A DNA stretch of 64,000 nucleotides from Nannocystis bainbridge (GTDB taxonomy: Bacteria > Myxococcota_A > Polyangia > Nannocystales > Nannocystaceae), in contig NZ_JAQNDL010000003.1 in assembly GCF_028368995.1 (NCBI RefSeq), positions 1,760,001 through 1,824,000 on the forward strand. Direction: 5' to 3'. Made by a program: the position numbers and the translations under genes. Positions within the stretch are counted from its first letter, which is position 1; the number at the start of each line of letters is the position of its first letter. Of the stretch, positions 59,955-64,000 are shown piece after piece. The notes under the pieces are model-generated. The model had not been told where the DNA came from, did not search any database, and saw only the letters and a program-made list of their open reading frames with translations.

Positions 59955-60707
59955 ATGAAGACCGTGCTCATCACTGGTTGCTCCTCCGGCTACGGCCTCG
60001 AGACCGCGCGTCACTTCCACGCTCAGGGCTGGAACGTCATCGCCACCATGCGGACCCCGCGCGAGGACCTGCTGCCCCGCTCGGAGCGGATCCGCGTGCT
60101 CGCGCTCGACGTCACCAAAGAAGGCAGCATCGCCGCCGCGCTCGCCGCGTGCGGGCCTCTCGACGTGCTCGTCAACAACGCCGGCATCGGGGCCCTCGGC
60201 GCCTTCGAGGGCACGCCGATGGCCCTGGCCCGCGAGGTGTTCGAGACCAACACCTTCGGCGTGATGGCGATGACCCAGGCCGTGCTGCCGCAGCTGCGCG
60301 AGCGACGGTCGGGCGTGATCGTCAACGTCACCTCGAGCGTGACCCTCACGCCGATGCCGCTCGTGGCCGTGTACACCGCCAGCAAGATGGCCATCGAGGG
60401 CTTCACGGCCTCGCTGGCGCACGAGCTCGCGCCGTTCGACGTGCGCGTCAAGCTGGTCGAGCCGGGCTACGCCCCGACCACGCGCTTCGCCAGCAACGGG
60501 ACGCCCCCGGACCGGCTGATCCCCGAGGCCTACGCGCCGTTCGCCCAGCGCGTGTTCGCGGCCTTCATGCAGCCGGCCGCTGTGACCACCGAGGCCGACG
60601 TGGCCGAGGGCGTCTACCGGGCCGCGACCGACACCTCCGGGCAGCTGCGCTTCCCCGCCGGCCCCGACGCCGTGGCCCTGGCGCGCGCCGCCGGGCACCC
60701 GGTCTGA
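59955..60707 (+). CDS. SDR family oxidoreductase
   Basis: ITGCSSGYG, VNNAG, YTASK; divergent from the AraC gene. Confidence 0.95.
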   Translation: MKTVLITGCSSGYGLETARHFHAQGWNVIATMRTPREDLLPRSERIRVLALDVTKEGSIAAALAACGPLDVLVNNAGIGALGAFEGTPMALAREVFETNTFGVMAMTQAVLPQLRERRSGVIVNVTSSVTLTPMPLVAVYTASKMAIEGFTASLAHELAPFDVRVKLVEPGYAPTTRFASNGTPPDRLIPEAYAPFAQRVFAAFMQPAAVTTEADVAEGVYRAATDTSGQLRFPAGPDAVALARAAGHPV

Positions 60708-60962
60708 GCCGGGCGCCCGCGCGCCTCAGCGGCAGCTCCGCGTGACCATGAAACCGAAGAGCGGCCGCGAACCGAGGTCGACGTCGTCCCCCGGCGACGA
60801 CGCGATCACGACCGCCTCGTCGCCCCACCTCGCATGAACTCCAGTGCTCCACGGGCCGCCTCGCGCAGCGCGGACGCGCTGCCTTGACGGTGCGACATTC
60901 GGGCGCCTACGGTGCGATCGTCGGCGCCCGTCGCGACACTGACAAGGGAGCGAGTTTTCATC

Positions 60963-61325
60963 ATGGACCACAGGACCTTCGTCGATCAGATGTTCGCCCG
61001 CGTCGATGTGCGCGACGCCGAGGGCTTCGCCGCCTGCTTCACCGAGCGCGGCAGCTTTCAGTTCGCCAACCATCCCGTCGTGACCGGGCGCGCCGCCATC
61101 CAGGACTTCATCGCCGGCTTCTTCGCCGGCATCGGCGGCATCCGCCATCAGTTCGAGAATTGCTGGAGCCTCGACGACCGCGCCTTCTGCAACGGCTTCG
61201 TCACCTACGTGCGCAAGGACGGCAGCGAGCTGACCGTCCCGTGGGCGACCGTATCGCGCTTCGAGGACGGCAAGCTGGCCGAGTACCTCGCCTACGTCGA
61301 CGCCTCGAAGCTGTTCGCCCCGTGA
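60963..61325 (+). CDS. SnoaL-like / NTF2-family protein
   Basis: FAACFTE, FAN.PVVTGRAAI, YVRKDG, YVD. Confidence 0.85.
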   Translation: MDHRTFVDQMFARVDVRDAEGFAACFTERGSFQFANHPVVTGRAAIQDFIAGFFAGIGGIRHQFENCWSLDDRAFCNGFVTYVRKDGSELTVPWATVSRFEDGKLAEYLAYVDASKLFAP

Positions 61326-61341
61326 GCGGCGGACTGTCCGC

Positions 61342-63084
61342 TCACGGTTCGAAGCAATACAGCCGCACCGCGCTCGAACAATCGACGTTCGACTGGTTCG
61401 TCCAGCCGCCGTTCGTGTAGTCCACGCGGCCGGCGCGGCCGTAGCCCGAGGTGCTGGTCCAGTTCTGACACGTCGAAGCGTGGACGTTGCCGGCCTCGGT
61501 GAGGCCGGTCCAGGCGTAGCCCGACCCGAGCAGTTGGCCATACTCGGTGACCTTGATCGCCGCCGTCAGGTTGCCGCCGTAGAGCGCGAACGTCGACGCC
61601 GCGATCTCGACCCCGTCGAGGCGGACGAAGCGCTCGAGCACCAGCGGGAAGCGCCCGGGCGGAGTGCTCGACGCCGTGCCGATCCACGCGTCCCAGGTCC
61701 CGCCGAGGCCGGCCGCGTCGGCGCGCGCCTGGCACTTCGCCTGCGCACCGGCGAGGCCGCCGAGGTTGCCGTTGTAGGTCGTGCTGGTCACGAACACCCG
61801 GTGCGGCCAGCTGCAGTCGGCCTCGCACAGGCCGTTCTGCTCGGTGTCGCCGTCGTCGCAGTCCTCGCCGGGCGCGACCTGCCCGTCGCCGCACACCGCC
61901 CCCGTGCAATCGACATCGCACGGCTGACCCGGCCCGTTGTCGGGCCCGAGGTCACACTGCTCGGCGCCGAATTGGACCAGGCCGTCGCCGCACACCGCCT
62001 CCTTGCAGGCCAGCGTGCAATAGCCGTTGTCGTCGTTGTTGCCCCAGCCGAAATCGCACTCCTCGCCGAGGCTCGGCTGGACGAAGCCGTCGCCGCAGGT
62101 CGGCAACATGCACGCCTGGTTGCAGCCGTCGTCGGCGTCGCCGGAGATCCCGTCGTCGCACTCCTCGCCGACGTCGACGACCTCGTTGCCGCACCACTCG
62201 ACCGTGCAGGTGGCGCTGCAGCCGTCGCCGCCGGTCGCGTCGTAATCGTCGCACTCCTCGTAATACGCCTGATAGCCGTCGCCGCACACGTTCGGCATGC
62301 AGTGCTCGAGGCACGCCTGGAAATCGCCGTTGAACGGCCCGTCGTCGCAGACCTCCCACCCGAAATCGCCCTGGTCGTGCACGAGCCCGTCGCCGCAGGT
62401 CGCTACCTCGCACGCCAGCGTGCAATCGCCGTTGTCGCTGTTGCCCGCCCCGTCGTCGCACGCCTCGCCGGCCTGCACGAACCCGTCGCCGCAGGCGGCC
62501 GCCGTACAGCTCGAAGTGCAAGCGTCGGTGTCGATTGCATTGCCGTCGTCGCACGCCTCGCCGACCTGCACCTGCCCGTCGCCGCACGAGGCCGGCACGC
62601 AGGTGTTGCTGCACGCGTCGGCGTCGACCTCGTTGCCGTCATCGCAGCCCTCCATCGCCCCCACGAAGCCGTCGCCGCACACCTGCAGCGTGCACTCCGG
62701 CGTGCACGCCGCGGCCTCGCCGTTGTCGTCGCCGTCGTCGCACGCCTCGTCCGCCGCGAGGTCGCCGTCGCCGCACACCTGCAGCGTACAGTCGACCTTG
62801 CACGCCGCGCCCGCTGCGTTGTCGGGCCCGTCGTCGCACGCCTCGTCGGGCCCGACGTCGCCGTCGCCGCAGGTGTTGACCGCACAGTTGCTACGACACG
62901 CCGCGTCGGGCCCGTTGGCCTCGCCGTCGTCGCATTGCTCGCCCGGCCCGAGCACCCCGTCGCCGCAGCCGTCCGCGACCCCGTTGACGTTGACCGTGAT
63001 GTCGATCGTCGAATCACAGCCAGCCAGAAGCGCGCCCGCGATCAGCCAAGAAACCCCACAAGCAAGCACATTCGTTTTCATCAT
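61342..63084 (-). CDS. Lipoprotein with myxococcal Cys-rich repeats (DUF4215-like) and C-terminal DUF1554-like domain
   Basis: LLAGC lipobox, many CGDG..EECDDG repeats, RVFVTS..GNLGGLAGAQAKC..LYCFE. Confidence 0.9.
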   Translation of the reverse strand: MMKTNVLACGVSWLIAGALLAGCDSTIDITVNVNGVADGCGDGVLGPGEQCDDGEANGPDAACRSNCAVNTCGDGDVGPDEACDDGPDNAAGAACKVDCTLQVCGDGDLAADEACDDGDDNGEAAACTPECTLQVCGDGFVGAMEGCDDGNEVDADACSNTCVPASCGDGQVQVGEACDDGNAIDTDACTSSCTAAACGDGFVQAGEACDDGAGNSDNGDCTLACEVATCGDGLVHDQGDFGWEVCDDGPFNGDFQACLEHCMPNVCGDGYQAYYEECDDYDATGGDGCSATCTVEWCGNEVVDVGEECDDGISGDADDGCNQACMLPTCGDGFVQPSLGEECDFGWGNNDDNGYCTLACKEAVCGDGLVQFGAEQCDLGPDNGPGQPCDVDCTGAVCGDGQVAPGEDCDDGDTEQNGLCEADCSWPHRVFVTSTTYNGNLGGLAGAQAKCQARADAAGLGGTWDAWIGTASSTPPGRFPLVLERFVRLDGVEIAASTFALYGGNLTAAIKVTEYGQLLGSGYAWTGLTEAGNVHASTCQNWTSTSGYGRAGRVDYTNGGWTNQSNVDCSSAVRLYCFEP

Positions 63085-63751
63085 GATGTCACCCTTCCGC
63101 TCGAGCGAGCCCGAGTCGACGGGGTATAGCCGCGAGGACCGCCGCACGCCTTGGGATTCAAAGCAAAAACCGGCACCCGAACCTCACGGAGCGCCGCCCG
63201 TGCACGTGCGCGGCGCCCCTGCTATCGCGCGAGCACCCGAGCGAGTCCGACCGCAGACCGTCCGCACCGGCGCCGGGAATAGTCGCAAAGCGCGTCCGGT
63301 TGTCGTCGGCTGGCCAGGCGCCGCAGCGCTGAAGAACCACCGCCACTGCCCGCTACGATCATTCACGACCTCGCCGCGCTCGACCCTTGTCGTCATTCAC
63401 CCGGGCCACACGACGGCCCTTCCTCACGACCACCGATGCTCGCAAACCGCCGCCACTCACGGGAATGCCCCGGCCACGGCGGCAGTCGTTCGAGCGTGTC
63501 GTCGAGCAGCGCCTCCCGCAGCCTCCCTGAGAGCAGACACGGACTGTGGTCATTCAACCCCGACCGCACCAACTTGGAGTCTGCAGATTCCTGGTCGCGG
63601 TATCGACACTGACAGCACGGTGGAGCGCGACCTCGAAGCGCCCGAGCGCCCTTCTTGACCAGGCGCTCGTTTACGGCTTCGAAACCTCCCACTGGCCCGG
63701 CCGGTCAGAAACGTGCTCGAGGCCTCCGGAGCGCCATGGAATGGCCCGACG

Positions 63752-64000
63752 TCACGGCGGCTTCGCGTCGCCGAGCAGGTGGGTCGTGAAGCGGTAGAGC
63801 ACCTCGAAATCGCGGTTGATGGCGTTGAGCTGGGTCTTGAGCGCGTCGTACATGCGCTCGCGGACCTCGACCAGAGCGCCGTCGTAGGTCCCGCCGGTGC
63901 TGTAGAGCACGGCCTCGGCGAGCGCCCGGTCGGGCGGCGCGAAGGTGTCGCGGATGATGTGCTGCCAGTCCGCCAGCAGCTGCTCGCGCGGCGTCGACTC
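63752..64000 (-). CDS. 3' end of a hypothetical protein (partial)
   Basis: Open GC3-biased frame from the window edge (ESTPREQLLADWQHII..LLGDAKPP) to a stop at 63752-63754. Confidence 0.7.
   Translation of the reverse strand, partial: ESTPREQLLADWQHIIRDTFAPPDRALAEAVLYSTGGTYDGALVEVRERMYDALKTQLNAINRDFEVLYRFTTHLLGDAKPP

Noticed and set aside
3259-62879. Many long antisense or alternate-frame ORFs (e.g. 3259..5961, 14450..18013, 35075..37972, 42312..45272)
   Set aside because: Arg/Gly/Ala-rich shadow frames expected in high-GC DNA, overlapping better-supported genes.
63147-63750. Riboswitch or ncRNA in a long intergenic gap
   Set aside because: Only a partial GCAAAGC resemblance to c-di-GMP-I, on the wrong strand for the downstream gene; cannot be supported without an Rfam scan.

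Overview
High-GC bacterial DNA, most likely a myxobacterium of the Nannocystis type (inferred from a MYXO-CTERM protein, DUF4215-like Cys-rich repeats, orphan PAS-STAS proteins and many lipoproteins with Thr/Gly-rich linkers). It is an accessory region; I saw no rRNA, tRNA, CRISPR-Cas or transposase. Main content: (1) a metallophosphoesterase-NACHT fusion running off the left edge and absent from the ORF track. (2) An ECF sigma / membrane anti-sigma / CHAT protease / two secreted proteins / S8 peptidase cluster in which one TGT(A/C)AG-N15-CGCCAA motif precedes three genes. (3) A Schlafen(AlbA_2)-HATPase-wHTH gene followed by four interspaced 17-bp repeats. (4) A 28-bp tandem array upstream of a truncated Cys-tailed sigma + Ser/Thr kinase operon. 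(5) A 1350-bp tandem duplication of a vWA-like lipoprotein gene. (6) Two paralogous 8-Cys prepropeptide genes. (7) An RND efflux operon. (8) An AT-richer three-gene island: MORC-like GHKL-histidine kinase fusion, receiver protein and His-rich unknown protein. (9) A TGTC-N6-GACA palindrome enriched in intergenic DNA. Two genes look frameshifted. All domain calls are motif recognition by eye; no searches were run.
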